In this document: in pieces, positions 10,235 through 18,684 of the stretch
Position numbering within the stretch: position 1 is the stretch's first letter
Layout of the letters: every line of letters starts with the position of its first letter
Source: Verrucomicrobiota bacterium
Lineage (GTDB): Bacteria; Verrucomicrobiota; Verrucomicrobiia; Limisphaerales; J093
Direction of reading: 5' to 3'
NCBI GenBank assembly: GCA_040766265.1
Contig: JAXGQW010000014.1
Coordinates: 2,494 to 66,493 of the forward strand
Length of the DNA: 64,000 bases
The notes under the pieces: generated by a model
What the model was told of the DNA's origin: nothing
Seen by the model: the letters and a program-made list of their open reading frames with translations, nothing else
Databases searched by the model: none
Made by a program: the position numbers and the translations under genes

Positions 10235-11131
10235 CTATTCCGTGCTTGGACGCGCAACGGTGGCGTGGTCCTGGAGCCACTTCAGGTCGCGGTTGCCTGG
10301 GTCCCAGAGGGTCCAGTGGTTCGGATTCCATGACAGCCCCGCTTCGGTGAGGGTGCGGCTCTCGATCCAACGGCGGGTTTCGACGTGCCCGTCTCCGAAC
10401 GCGACCGTCCCTCGGCCCCCGTGCTGGATCGAGGGGAGGTGATAGAACTGCCCACCCGCGCCCATGCGCACCACAAAGGCCGGCAGGCAGACATTGCCCG
10501 GAGCAACGTCAATGAAGGAAAAGAGGGTGGTCGGGGAAGCCTCTGCCAGGGCTGACCACTTCTCGAACGTCCAGTGACGCGTGCTGTTGTAGCCCGGAGG
10601 AACCCACTCGGCCCAGCCCAGGTAGCTGTTGAGGGCATACGTGCGCACCTTGGGATGGGCGCGGCCATTCAACTCGACCGTCGTGCGGTCCTCGGGACAC
10701 CGGTAGGTCGCAATCGACGGAATGTAGGGGGCGAATGCGGCGTGCTGGGGATCGATCAGGTAATTCAGATTCGTGAAGGCGGGATTGGGGGAAGGCGGCG
10801 ACGTGAATTCGTAGTGCTCCTCGCCCAGCACCCACAGTTTTTGCCCATTCAGGACCTCCGGGGATCCAGAACCGTTGGGAGGGACATGGTCGTTCGAGTC
10901 TCCCGCGTACAATGTCCCGGCGATCGCCAGTTGCTTGAGGTTGTTGATGCAGGCGATCTGCCGGGCCTTGCCCTTCGCGCGCCCGAGAGCCGGCAGGAGC
11001 AGCGCCGCCAGAATCGCAATGATCGCGATGACCACCAGCAGTTCGACAAGCGTAAAGCCGGACCCCCAAGCCCTCGACCGCACCGTTTGTGCAGCCGGGT
11101 CGCATCGCTCGAGATCACGCAGGTCGAACAT
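10235..11131 (-). CDS. Prepilin-type N-terminal cleavage/methylation domain protein (DUF1559 / H-X9-DG-like pseudopilin)
   Basis: ORF 10235..11248. I place the start at ATG 11131. Has [44 protein letters not shown] and a C-terminal VAFGDGHVE. Confidence 0.8.
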   Translation of the reverse strand: MFDLRDLERCDPAAQTVRSRAWGSGFTLVELLVVIAIIAILAALLLPALGRAKGKARQIACINNLKQLAIAGTLYAGDSNDHVPPNGSGSPEVLNGQKLWVLGEEHYEFTSPPSPNPAFTNLNYLIDPQHAAFAPYIPSIATYRCPEDRTTVELNGRAHPKVRTYALNSYLGWAEWVPPGYNSTRHWTFEKWSALAEASPTTLFSFIDVAPGNVCLPAFVVRMGAGGQFYHLPSIQHGGRGTVAFGDGHVETRRWIESRTLTEAGLSWNPNHWTLWDPGNRDLKWLQDHATVARPSTE

Positions 11132-11413
11132 GGCCAACTCAATCCGCCGCGCACGGTACCACGAAAACGGGGGAGGCGAAAGGCGATCGCATTCGGACGG
11201 CCTCCGGGTGAGATGTCCGGGTCTGAGAGCCCGCATTTCAGGTGACATGTGACGGTGATCGGTCCGATGACATCAACAGTTGGTGAGAAATGCGGGCTAA
11301 GGGTCTGCGCAAAAGTGAATTCCGGTTTTGCTGGAGGGGATTTGGCTCGCTGGCGAGGCGCGACGAAGGAGCATAGCCTTGACCTCTGTGACTGAGGAGC
11401 AATCCCGCGGCTG

Positions 11414-11704
11414 CGCATACGCGTCAGCCTAATGAGGCTTCACAATCCGGGCCAAGAACACTGGGGCTCCTTGATCCCGGCTGCTGGAGCGGCAGGCATT
11501 GCCGAGGGTGCCGCCTTGGTCGAATCGGCAGCGAAGTCGCGAAGCGTTTGGAGTGCGCGCGGTTTACCGCCGCTTTTCGAACACGGTGGTCGGTATCGTC
11601 CCAGGCAAAGCGGTGCTGAAGCACTCGCACTCCAAGCGCTCCGCGCTACCGAACACGCTCGTGCCCGGACAGCTTCCGTGCAAGGTCCGCATCTTAGCCG
11701 GCCT
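11414..11704 (+). repeat. Structured ~300-nt intergenic repeat, copy C (right end truncated by an R1-type module)
   Basis: Starts GCGCATACGCGTCAGCC. The core is nearly identical to copy B through ...GTCCGCATCTTAGCCGGCCT, then runs into TAACCCGCATATTTCACACCCCG. Confidence 0.8.
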
Positions 11705-11814
11705 AACCCGCATATTTCACACCCCGTCGGATCGCCAAATGCTCCTGTCCGATCGGTGAGGGTGATTGTCTCGAGCCAGGGACTTGCGCCCTGCCGCGCT
11801 GGGAAATGTCCGGG

Positions 11815-12825
11815 CTAACCCGCTTTGAGCAACTCCTCGGCGATCTGCACCGCGTTGAGTGCGGCCCCCTTGAGCAACTGATCGCCCGAGACCCAGAAGC
11901 AAAGGCCGTTGTCGAGGGCGCAATCCAGTCGAAGGCGCCCCACCTCGCAGTTGTCCTTCTCCGCCGTGAACAGCGGCATCGGGTAGGCCTTGTTCGCCGG
12001 ATCGTCAACCACATCGAGTCCAGGCGCTTTGGCCAGCGCGGCCCGCGCGGCATCGAGTGTCGCCGGCTTCTCGAATTCGGCGCTGACGGCGATCGAGTGG
12101 GCCCGGTAGACCGGCACACGGACGCAGGTCACACTGGCCCGGAAGGTGGGGTGATGCATGATCTTGCGCCCCTCGTTCTCCATCTTCATTTCCTCCTTCG
12201 TGTAGCCGGAAGGCAGAAAAGAGTCGATGTGCGGCAGGACATTGAAGGCGATCTGATGCGGATAGACCTCCTTGGTCACCGGCTGGCCGTGAACGATCTG
12301 GTCCACCTGCCGCCGCAGTTCCTCGATCGCCTTCGCCCCGGTCCCCGACACCGCCTGATAACTCGACGCGAGAATGCGCTTGCAGAAGAACGCCTTGTGC
12401 AGCGGGTGAATGGCCATCAGCGCAATCGCCGTCGTGCAGTTCGGGTTGGCAATGATGCCTTTGTGACTTCGCACATCCGATGCGTTGATCTCAGGGACCA
12501 CCAGCGGAACCGAGTCGTCCATCCGAAAAGCGCTCGAATTGTCGATCACCACGCACCCCGCCCGGGCGGCGACAGGAGCGAACTCCCTCGAAATGCTCCC
12601 GCCGGCGCTGAACAGCGCGATGTCGATCCCCGCAAACGAATCGGGTTTCAGCTCCTTCACCGCGATCGTTTTGCCCTTGAACTCGAAGGTCTTTCCGACC
12701 GATCGGGCGGAGGCCAGCAAGGTGAGTTCGCGCAGCGGGAAACGTCGGCGTTCGAGCGTTTTCATCATCTCGACACCGACCGCGCCCGTCGCGCCGACAA
12801 CGGCAACATGCGGTTGAGCGTGCAT
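11815..12825 (-). CDS. asd: Aspartate-semialdehyde dehydrogenase
   Basis: 336 aa. Motifs: VAVVGATGAVG, VIDNSSAFR, NPNCTTI. Confidence 0.95.
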   Translation of the reverse strand: MHAQPHVAVVGATGAVGVEMMKTLERRRFPLRELTLLASARSVGKTFEFKGKTIAVKELKPDSFAGIDIALFSAGGSISREFAPVAARAGCVVIDNSSAFRMDDSVPLVVPEINASDVRSHKGIIANPNCTTAIALMAIHPLHKAFFCKRILASSYQAVSGTGAKAIEELRRQVDQIVHGQPVTKEVYPHQIAFNVLPHIDSFLPSGYTKEEMKMENEGRKIMHHPTFRASVTCVRVPVYRAHSIAVSAEFEKPATLDAARAALAKAPGLDVVDDPANKAYPMPLFTAEKDNCEVGRLRLDCALDNGLCFWVSGDQLLKGAALNAVQIAEELLKAG

Positions 12826-12901
12826 AAAGCGTCGCGGACTATACCGGCGTCGGACGGGCTGTCAAACGCTGCACACGGCCATGCCGCAGTTCTCGTATTG
12901 G

Positions 12902-13301
12902 CCTAGCCCGCATATTTCACACCCCGACGGTGCACAGGGCGGTCAGACTTCGCACGAGGACTGCAATGCGGGCTAGAAAAGCAAAACCGCGCCCGGTCCC
13001 AGAGTCAGAGAGATGCAACACACTGTTCATATGGAAGAACACCTTCAGGACCGACGGGATCCTCTTGGGTCCCTTTCCGGGCGCGGTTTTGCCAACTAGC
13101 CCGGTTAGGAGTCCTCGCGAAGCGTGTGAAATAACCGGGCTAGCCCGCATATTTCACACCCCGATGGTGCACAGGGCACTCAGACTTCGCAAGAGGACTG
13201 CTATGCGGGCTAGGCCCCGGCGAGAACCGGCTGAAGCCGACACCCAACCGCGTCTGGGGCTGGCGCGGTGTTCGGTGTGCCGCCTTCAGGCGGCTCGTCG
13301 C
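12902..13301. repeat. REP/BIME-like hairpin array (R1, R2b, R3, R1, R4); the intact paralogue of the array split at 43.7/51.4 kb
   Basis: R1 CTAGCCCGCAT...ATGCGGGCTAG 12902-12975. R2b GCAAAACCGCGCCCGG...CCGGGCGCGGTTTTGC 12980-13091. R3 TAGCCCGGTTA...TAACCGGGCTA 13096-13141. Second R1 13140-13212. R4 13212-13301, which is the reverse complement of the unit at 29204-29288. Confidence 0.85.
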
Positions 13302-13356
13302 CAACATGAGATTCCCGGGCCGGAGTTGCTCCCCGAGGAAATCTGTGGCAAAAGAG

Positions 13357-14035
13357 TCAGGTTCTGGCGCCGCCCCGAGCTGGCGCGTGCCGCATCGCCG
13401 CTTCGCGCATCTTCCGAATCGCCGCTTTGAGGTTCCTCTGTCCAGCGCCGTCCCGCTCACAAAACGTGTCCGCTCCAGCCCGCGCGCATTCCGCCGCGGT
13501 CGACAGGTTGATCCCGCCGTCGACCTCGATGCGGAAGGGCAGACCCCGCTCGCGGCGCCATGCGTCCGCCTGTTGGATCTTCGGGATCGTCTCCTCGATG
13601 AACGACTGCCCGCCGAAGCCCGGATTCACCGTCATGATGAGGAGCAGATCAATTTGCTTGAGCAGCGGCAGGGCATTGGCGATGGGCGTGGGCAGGTTGA
13701 CGGCCAGGCCGACCTTTCGTCCGAGGCCGGATCTTCCACAGCAGATCGCCGACCCCGTTCCCCAACTCGACGTGCACGGTGATCAGCGACGCGCCCGCCC
13801 GGGCGAACGGTTCGAGCAGAGTGGCCGGACGCGAACACATCAGGTGCACGTCCAACGGCAGCCGCGTGAAACGACGCGCCGTTTCCACCACGCCGGGCCC
13901 GAATGAAATGTTCGGCACGAAATGCCCGTCCATGATGTCCACATGGATCCAATCCGCCCCGGCCCGGTCGGCGCGTTGAATCTCCGATCCCAGCCGGCCA
14001 AAATCAGCCGCGAGCAGAGACGGTGCAATAATCAT
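13357..14035 (-). pseudogene. rpe: Ribulose-phosphate 3-epimerase, reading frame broken as sequenced
   Basis: The N-terminal part (MIIAPSLLAADFG..DWIHVDIMDGHFVPNISFGP..LDVHLM..ITVHVE) is in the frame of ORF 13649..14263. The C-terminal part (LIMTVNPGFGGQSF..IEVDGGIN..AGADTF) is in the frame of ORF 13357..13635. The shift is near 13733. The conserved V-S-G-T-A-L element is readable only in a third frame, next to a TTTT run near 13465. Confidence 0.75.
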
Positions 14036-14279
14036 CGGCCACAGGCTAGCGAGGCGCGCCTCAGACCAAATCCAGTCATCCCCTTCCATAAGGAGTCCCC
14101 GTGTCTCCCGGCCCTTCTCTCCCGCGCCTCGCTCAGTAGAATCCTTGACCCCTTGAACGCAGCACAGGAACCTGACTTGTCTGCAACATGTTTCACCGGT
14201 CAAGGATTCTAGCGGACCACGGTGCCTCCCCGCAAGCGCAGGCCGCAAGTCCATGACTCTCAACTCTCAACTCGCCGGT

Positions 14280-15047
14280 TCAGGTCCTGCCCAGGAGACG
14301 GCGCTGCATCGCTCTGGCCTCACGAATCCAGACCGCATCCCGCTTCCGCTGGAATGCGGGGGCATGCGGATCGTCCGCGAGCACTTCATCGAGTTCCACG
14401 CGCGCCCGCTCGACCTGGCCCGTGGCCATGAGGAGCTTTGCGAGTTGCACTCGGGCCCGGGCATAGGTGTGGCTGGCCAGCACCCGGCGCCAGGATTGGA
14501 TCGCTTCCTCGGCGCGACCGAGGGCGCCGTAAGTCTCCGCCAACGCCATCAGCGATTGGCCATAGTCGTGGTCGGCATCCTGCCCGCAAGCCCTCTCGAG
14601 AAGGGGAAGAGCCTCCGTCGCGCGGTTCTGCCGGAGCAAACACTGCCCGTAGTGCGCCAGCGTGTCCAAATCCTCCGGATCCCTCTGGATCGCGGCGCGA
14701 TAGCACGCCTCCGCCTGGTCGAGCTTGCCCTGCCGGGAATAGATGTCTCCAAGTTGCGCGTGGTGATGGGCCTTGTCGAGATGATGGATCTGCTCCTGCA
14801 GTTCCTTGATCCGATGGCGATCCTGCGCTCCCGGCAGCTCGAATCCCCTCATCGCCGGGGCGGCCTGCCGATACACCAGAAAGAAGTAAAGCACCGCGTT
14901 GATTGGAGGAAAGAGAAAGATGAAAACCGCCCAGAGCCATTCCTGGCGGCGAATCGCGTCCGCCAGCATCCACAAAGCGAACAGCCCAAAGAGCAGGAAC
15001 AGCGGGTTGCGCCAGTCCAGGAAGCTGGTGATGAAGCCGAGCATCAT
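14280..15047 (-). CDS. Membrane-anchored tetratricopeptide-repeat protein
   Basis: 255 aa. Two N-terminal hydrophobic helices (LFLLFGLFALWMLADAI, WAVFIFLFPPINAVLYFFLVY) are followed by TPR-like helices (AEACYRAAIQRDPEDLDTLAHYGQCLL...). Confidence 0.7.
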   Translation of the reverse strand: MMLGFITSFLDWRNPLFLLFGLFALWMLADAIRRQEWLWAVFIFLFPPINAVLYFFLVYRQAAPAMRGFELPGAQDRHRIKELQEQIHHLDKAHHHAQLGDIYSRQGKLDQAEACYRAAIQRDPEDLDTLAHYGQCLLRQNRATEALPLLERACGQDADHDYGQSLMALAETYGALGRAEEAIQSWRRVLASHTYARARVQLAKLLMATGQVERARVELDEVLADDPHAPAFQRKRDAVWIREARAMQRRLLGRT

Positions 15048-15340
15048 GTTAGCCCGGCTCTGCCTTGGACCGACGAGGCGTGTGACCCATTCGTGCGCGC
15101 TGGACTTCGTCGACGGTCTGCAAACCTCGACGCCTGGCTCAGTGGCGCCGCTGCGCTGCGCAAGAACTTGATGGGGCGATAACGAGTTTCACCAGTCGAG
15201 GATTCCAGACTGCTTCGGGCGAACACAGGCCAACCGACAGACTTGCCGAGTTCGTCTTGCCCGTCCGCTTCGAGTATTCGCGCCGATTGGCTCACATCGG
15301 CCTCACCATAGGCCAGTGAGCGCCGCCTGCCAACTTCCTT

Positions 15341-15578
15341 TAGCCCGGATATTTCATGAGGCTTCGCGGGGTCTCATATCCGGGCTCTGGCAAAACCGCG
15401 CCCGCACATGGAAAAACGAAGTTCGGAGCGTTTCGAAATCTCGCGGGTCCAGCGACACTCTGTTGCCCGGTTGCCTCCCTCCACTCGGGCGCGGTTTTGC
15501 TTTTCTAACCCGCATAGCAATCATCCTGCGAGGTCTGACCGCCCTGGGCGCCGATGGGGTGTGAAAGATGCGGGTTAG
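15341..15578. repeat. REP/BIME-like hairpin array (R3, R2a, R1), inverted relative to the array at 9961-10197
   Basis: TAGCCCGGATAT...ATATCCGGGCT (15341-15386). GCAAAACCGCGCCCG...CGGGCGCGGTTTTGC (15390-15500); its interior is the reverse complement of 10052-10134. CTAACCCGCAT...ATGCGGGTTAG (15505-15578). Confidence 0.8.
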
Positions 15579-15636
15579 CCGGATGTTCCACGGAGCTTCA
15601 ACGGCGCCTCGATGTCTGGTGGGCGCTGGATCCCGC

Positions 15637-17499
15637 CTACTTCTCGATGACCAACTGGTCGCGCAGGTCGCCGTCCACGTCGTAGGCCCGATAGACCAGG
15701 CGGTCGCCCTGCCTCTGGATGTCGATCACCTGGAACGTGGACACGTTGGTCAGTCCAACCTCCGTGTACGGACGCTCGTCCTGGCGGTACATCTTGGTCC
15801 CCGAGACCGAGACGAGATAGTGCGTCCCATCCCCGGCATCCGAACTGCGCTGGCCCGCCTTCAGCGGATACGTCCGCAAATAGGCATGGTCATGACCTTG
15901 AAGAGCCAGGTCGACCTGGTACCGGTCGAACAACGGAGTCCACGCCTCCCGCAATGCAACGTTGTCGCGATTGGGCGCGGACGAATAGGCGGGATGATGA
16001 TAGGCGACAAACTTCCACTTGGCCTTGCTCCCCTCGAGTTGCGCCTCGAGCCACGCGGTCTGCGCGCCGGGCTCCGAGTTCGAGTCCAGCACGACCAGCA
16101 AAGCATTGGCGTAATGAAACGCATAGGCCCGCTCCGCTTCGAGCCCGGGCGGCCCGTTGCGCGGCAGCGCGAACTGCTTCAGGTAAAGCGTCGGATGGCC
16201 CCCCTGACAATCGTGGTTCCCAAGCGCCGGCACCACGGAGCGCCTGTTCAAGATGCCCGCGGCATTGGCGAACAGGCCGTCCCAGTCGTCCCGTTCCGCC
16301 CCGCGGTTCACCAGGTCGCCCGCCAATAGATAGAACGCCGCATCCGGCCGCTGCCGGAATGCCGTGCGCGCGAGCGTTCCCCAACGTTCGAAACCGTTTT
16401 GCGGATCCCCCATGTAAACGAAACAGAATCCCGTCGACCCGTCCGGCGCCGTGCTGAACTCGGCCAGCTCGGACCACCCGTCCGCCGAGCCGTCACCCAC
16501 GCAATAGACGTAAGCCGTGCCCGGTTCCAGATCCCTCAGCTCCGCGGTGTGCCGATGCACAATCGGGTCGTTCGCCAATCGCCCGTCCACCAGCGTGTCC
16601 GTGACCGCCCGCACCTTGTGCAGCCGGCGCGGCCTGACGGTGTTCAACTCGGCGCGCTTGCCATACGCCACCCAGCCGGACCCGACCGACGGAGCGGTCC
16701 GCCACTGAATCGCCTGGGTCGTTCGCGGATCCCCGCTCCATGTCAGCACGATCTGGTCCGGCCGCCTCGAACTGGGATGTGACGTTTCCCGAAAGCCCCC
16801 GATGAGCCGGGCCTCGTCCCGACTCTGCCGCAGTGTCTGGATGAGCCGCCAACCCCGCCATGCCTCGGGAATCTCGTCGAGGGTTTCGTCGCGATCGGCG
16901 TACGGCCTCGCCCCCGGCGCCATCTCCGTGACCCGCAAACGCTCCGGATCGAGGTGGTCGATCCGCAGCGGCGCCCCGTCTTGCTGCGCCCGCACCAGCA
17001 CCAGGTAATGCTCGCCGCCGCCGGCCAGCGAGTTGACTCCCAAACCAATCGCTCCGGACGGGAAGATCCGCTCCCAGGCTTCGAACCGCCGCTTCGCCGC
17101 GCTGAGGACCGCACCCGTCGGCGTGAATCTGCGAGAGCGCAGCCAAAACGGCTCGTCTCCGGCGGTATCGCGCAGCACGGTTACGACCACCGGCACATTG
17201 ACCTCGAACCGAATATGTTCCCCGCCCAAAATGCGCTGTTCCGCCGGCGTCAACTCCTCGAGCAGGCGCGCCGTGCTGAACGCGTTGAGATCCCCCGCCG
17301 AATGCCGCTGGCTCAGGCGCAAGGCGATCCCTCTCACCGTGTCCTGAATCGACGAATTCGTCCCAGACGCCGCCCCGCTCGACTGGGCGGCAAGACTCAG
17401 CCCCAGGATGAACCCCGCCAGCCCCGAGCCCGGACTGACCAAGGCGGCAAGCGGCGCACGCAGAACCCGACGCGCTGCTCTCATGGAGAGCGATGACAT
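15637..17499 (-). CDS. Exported metallophosphoesterase (purple-acid-phosphatase-like) with an N-terminal extension domain
   Basis: ORF 15637..17832. I place the start at ATG 17499 (MSSLSMRAARR...), with 17484 as an alternative, ahead of a signal-like segment. Motifs: FVYMGDPQNG, LAGDLVNRG, ALGNHD, VAYHHP, LQGHDHAY. Confidence 0.8.
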   Translation of the reverse strand: MSSLSMRAARRVLRAPLAALVSPGSGLAGFILGLSLAAQSSGAASGTNSSIQDTVRGIALRLSQRHSAGDLNAFSTARLLEELTPAEQRILGGEHIRFEVNVPVVVTVLRDTAGDEPFWLRSRRFTPTGAVLSAAKRRFEAWERIFPSGAIGLGVNSLAGGGEHYLVLVRAQQDGAPLRIDHLDPERLRVTEMAPGARPYADRDETLDEIPEAWRGWRLIQTLRQSRDEARLIGGFRETSHPSSRRPDQIVLTWSGDPRTTQAIQWRTAPSVGSGWVAYGKRAELNTVRPRRLHKVRAVTDTLVDGRLANDPIVHRHTAELRDLEPGTAYVYCVGDGSADGWSELAEFSTAPDGSTGFCFVYMGDPQNGFERWGTLARTAFRQRPDAAFYLLAGDLVNRGAERDDWDGLFANAAGILNRRSVVPALGNHDCQGGHPTLYLKQFALPRNGPPGLEAERAYAFHYANALLVVLDSNSEPGAQTAWLEAQLEGSKAKWKFVAYHHPAYSSAPNRDNVALREAWTPLFDRYQVDLALQGHDHAYLRTYPLKAGQRSSDAGDGTHYLVSVSGTKMYRQDERPYTEVGLTNVSTFQVIDIQRQGDRLVYRAYDVDGDLRDQLVIEK

Positions 17500-17747
17500 T
17501 CCTTGGCCAGATGCGCACGGGGGCCATAAACCCCTGTCGGAGGGCCGATCCCGCATGCGCAGGCGCGGGAGAGCCCCTGGCTCGAGGCGGTGATGGTCGT
17601 CAGTTGGGGCCTCGCGGAGCTCGACCCTTCGAGCGAGGTCAGCCGTGCGAAGGCGAGGATTCATCGGCAACGAATCGGTTGGCATGTGCGTGCCATTGAA
17701 ATCGAAGGCGACGCGGCGTGTCGAATGCGAATTCCGCCGGCTGCCCC

Positions 17748-17885
17748 GCAGTGGTCCGCATTGTGGAGTCTTCCGCTTCGCGGCGGTCACAACTCCATTG
17801 AACATGCCTTCTAGCCCGCAGGTGGTCCGCATTGTGGAGTCTTCCGCTTCGCGGCAGTCACAACTCCATTGAACATGCGGGCTAG
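17748..17885. repeat. Two tandem ~70-nt repeat units; the second is enclosed by a CTAGCCCGCA/TGCGGGCTAG stem
   Basis: GTGGTCCGCATTGTGGAGTCTTCCGCTTCGCGGC(G/A)GTCACAACTCCATTGAACATGC occurs at about 17750-17807 and about 17821-17878. The stem arms are 17811-17820 and 17876-17885, and the right arm covers the ubiE stop codon. Confidence 0.8.
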
Positions 17886-18676
17886 TGGCGCACCGCGCAA
17901 TGAATGCTCATCGCCCCGCCAATCAGGTTGATCACCCGCACGTCCATTGCGCCCAACTCCCGCAGCATCGCGCTCACCCCCTCCTGCGCGGCATACCGTT
18001 CGAGCGATTCCAGGATGTATGCGTACGCCGCAGCGTCCCCGCAAGCCAGACGCCCGAAGACCGGCACCAGGCGGCGCAGGTATGCGTAGTAGACACCGCG
18101 CCACCACCGGTTCGCCGGCTTCCCGAAATCCAGGATGACCAGCCGCCCCCCCGGCTTGGCCACCCGCCACATCTCGGCCAGCCCGCGCCGCGCATCCGCC
18201 AGGTTGCGCAGGCCATAACTGATCGTCACGGCGTCAAATTCAGACTCGGAAAAGGGGAGTTGCAGCGCATCGGCCTCGATGAACTGCACGCGGCCGCCCC
18301 ACTCCCGCCGCGCCGGCTCCCCCAGCCTCGCCACCCGTCTCTTGGCGACGGCCAGCATCGCGCCGCTGAAATCGATCCCGATCGCCTCCGCACCCGTCCG
18401 CGCCAGCGCGAAGGTGACATCCCCCGTGCCGCAACAGAGATCCAGCGCCCGCTGCGCGCGCCCGACTCGAGCCAGACGCACAAGGCGCCGCTTCCAGAAC
18501 CGGTGCAGGCCCAGGCTCTGGATGTCATTGATGAGATCGTATCGAGCCGCCACACCGGCGAAGAGATCGCCCACGCGCTCGGCCCGACGATCGCGCGGGG
18601 CAAAGTAGGAGTTGGAATCGACGTCTCTCAAGGGCGATGGGCGGCCGCGACAACAGCCTTTCGACGACGCGAGCAC
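17882..18676 (-). CDS. ubiE: Demethylmenaquinone/ubiquinone C-methyltransferase (UbiE/MenG family)
   Basis: 264 aa. Motifs: VAARYDLINDIQSLGLHRFWKR, LDLCCGTGD (SAM motif I), ISYGLRNLAD, GGRLVILDFGKP. Confidence 0.85.
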   Translation of the reverse strand: MLASSKGCCRGRPSPLRDVDSNSYFAPRDRRAERVGDLFAGVAARYDLINDIQSLGLHRFWKRRLVRLARVGRAQRALDLCCGTGDVTFALARTGAEAIGIDFSGAMLAVAKRRVARLGEPARREWGGRVQFIEADALQLPFSESEFDAVTISYGLRNLADARRGLAEMWRVAKPGGRLVILDFGKPANRWWRGVYYAYLRRLVPVFGRLACGDAAAYAYILESLERYAAQEGVSAMLRELGAMDVRVINLIGGAMSIHCAVRH

Positions 18677-18684
18677 CGCGCAAT

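Noticed and set aside
10880-10900. A tRNA-like T-arm sequence (CGTTCGAGTCTCC).
   Set aside because: It lies inside the prepilin-type CDS, and I found no acceptor or anticodon arms around it. I found no tRNA or rRNA genes anywhere in the window.
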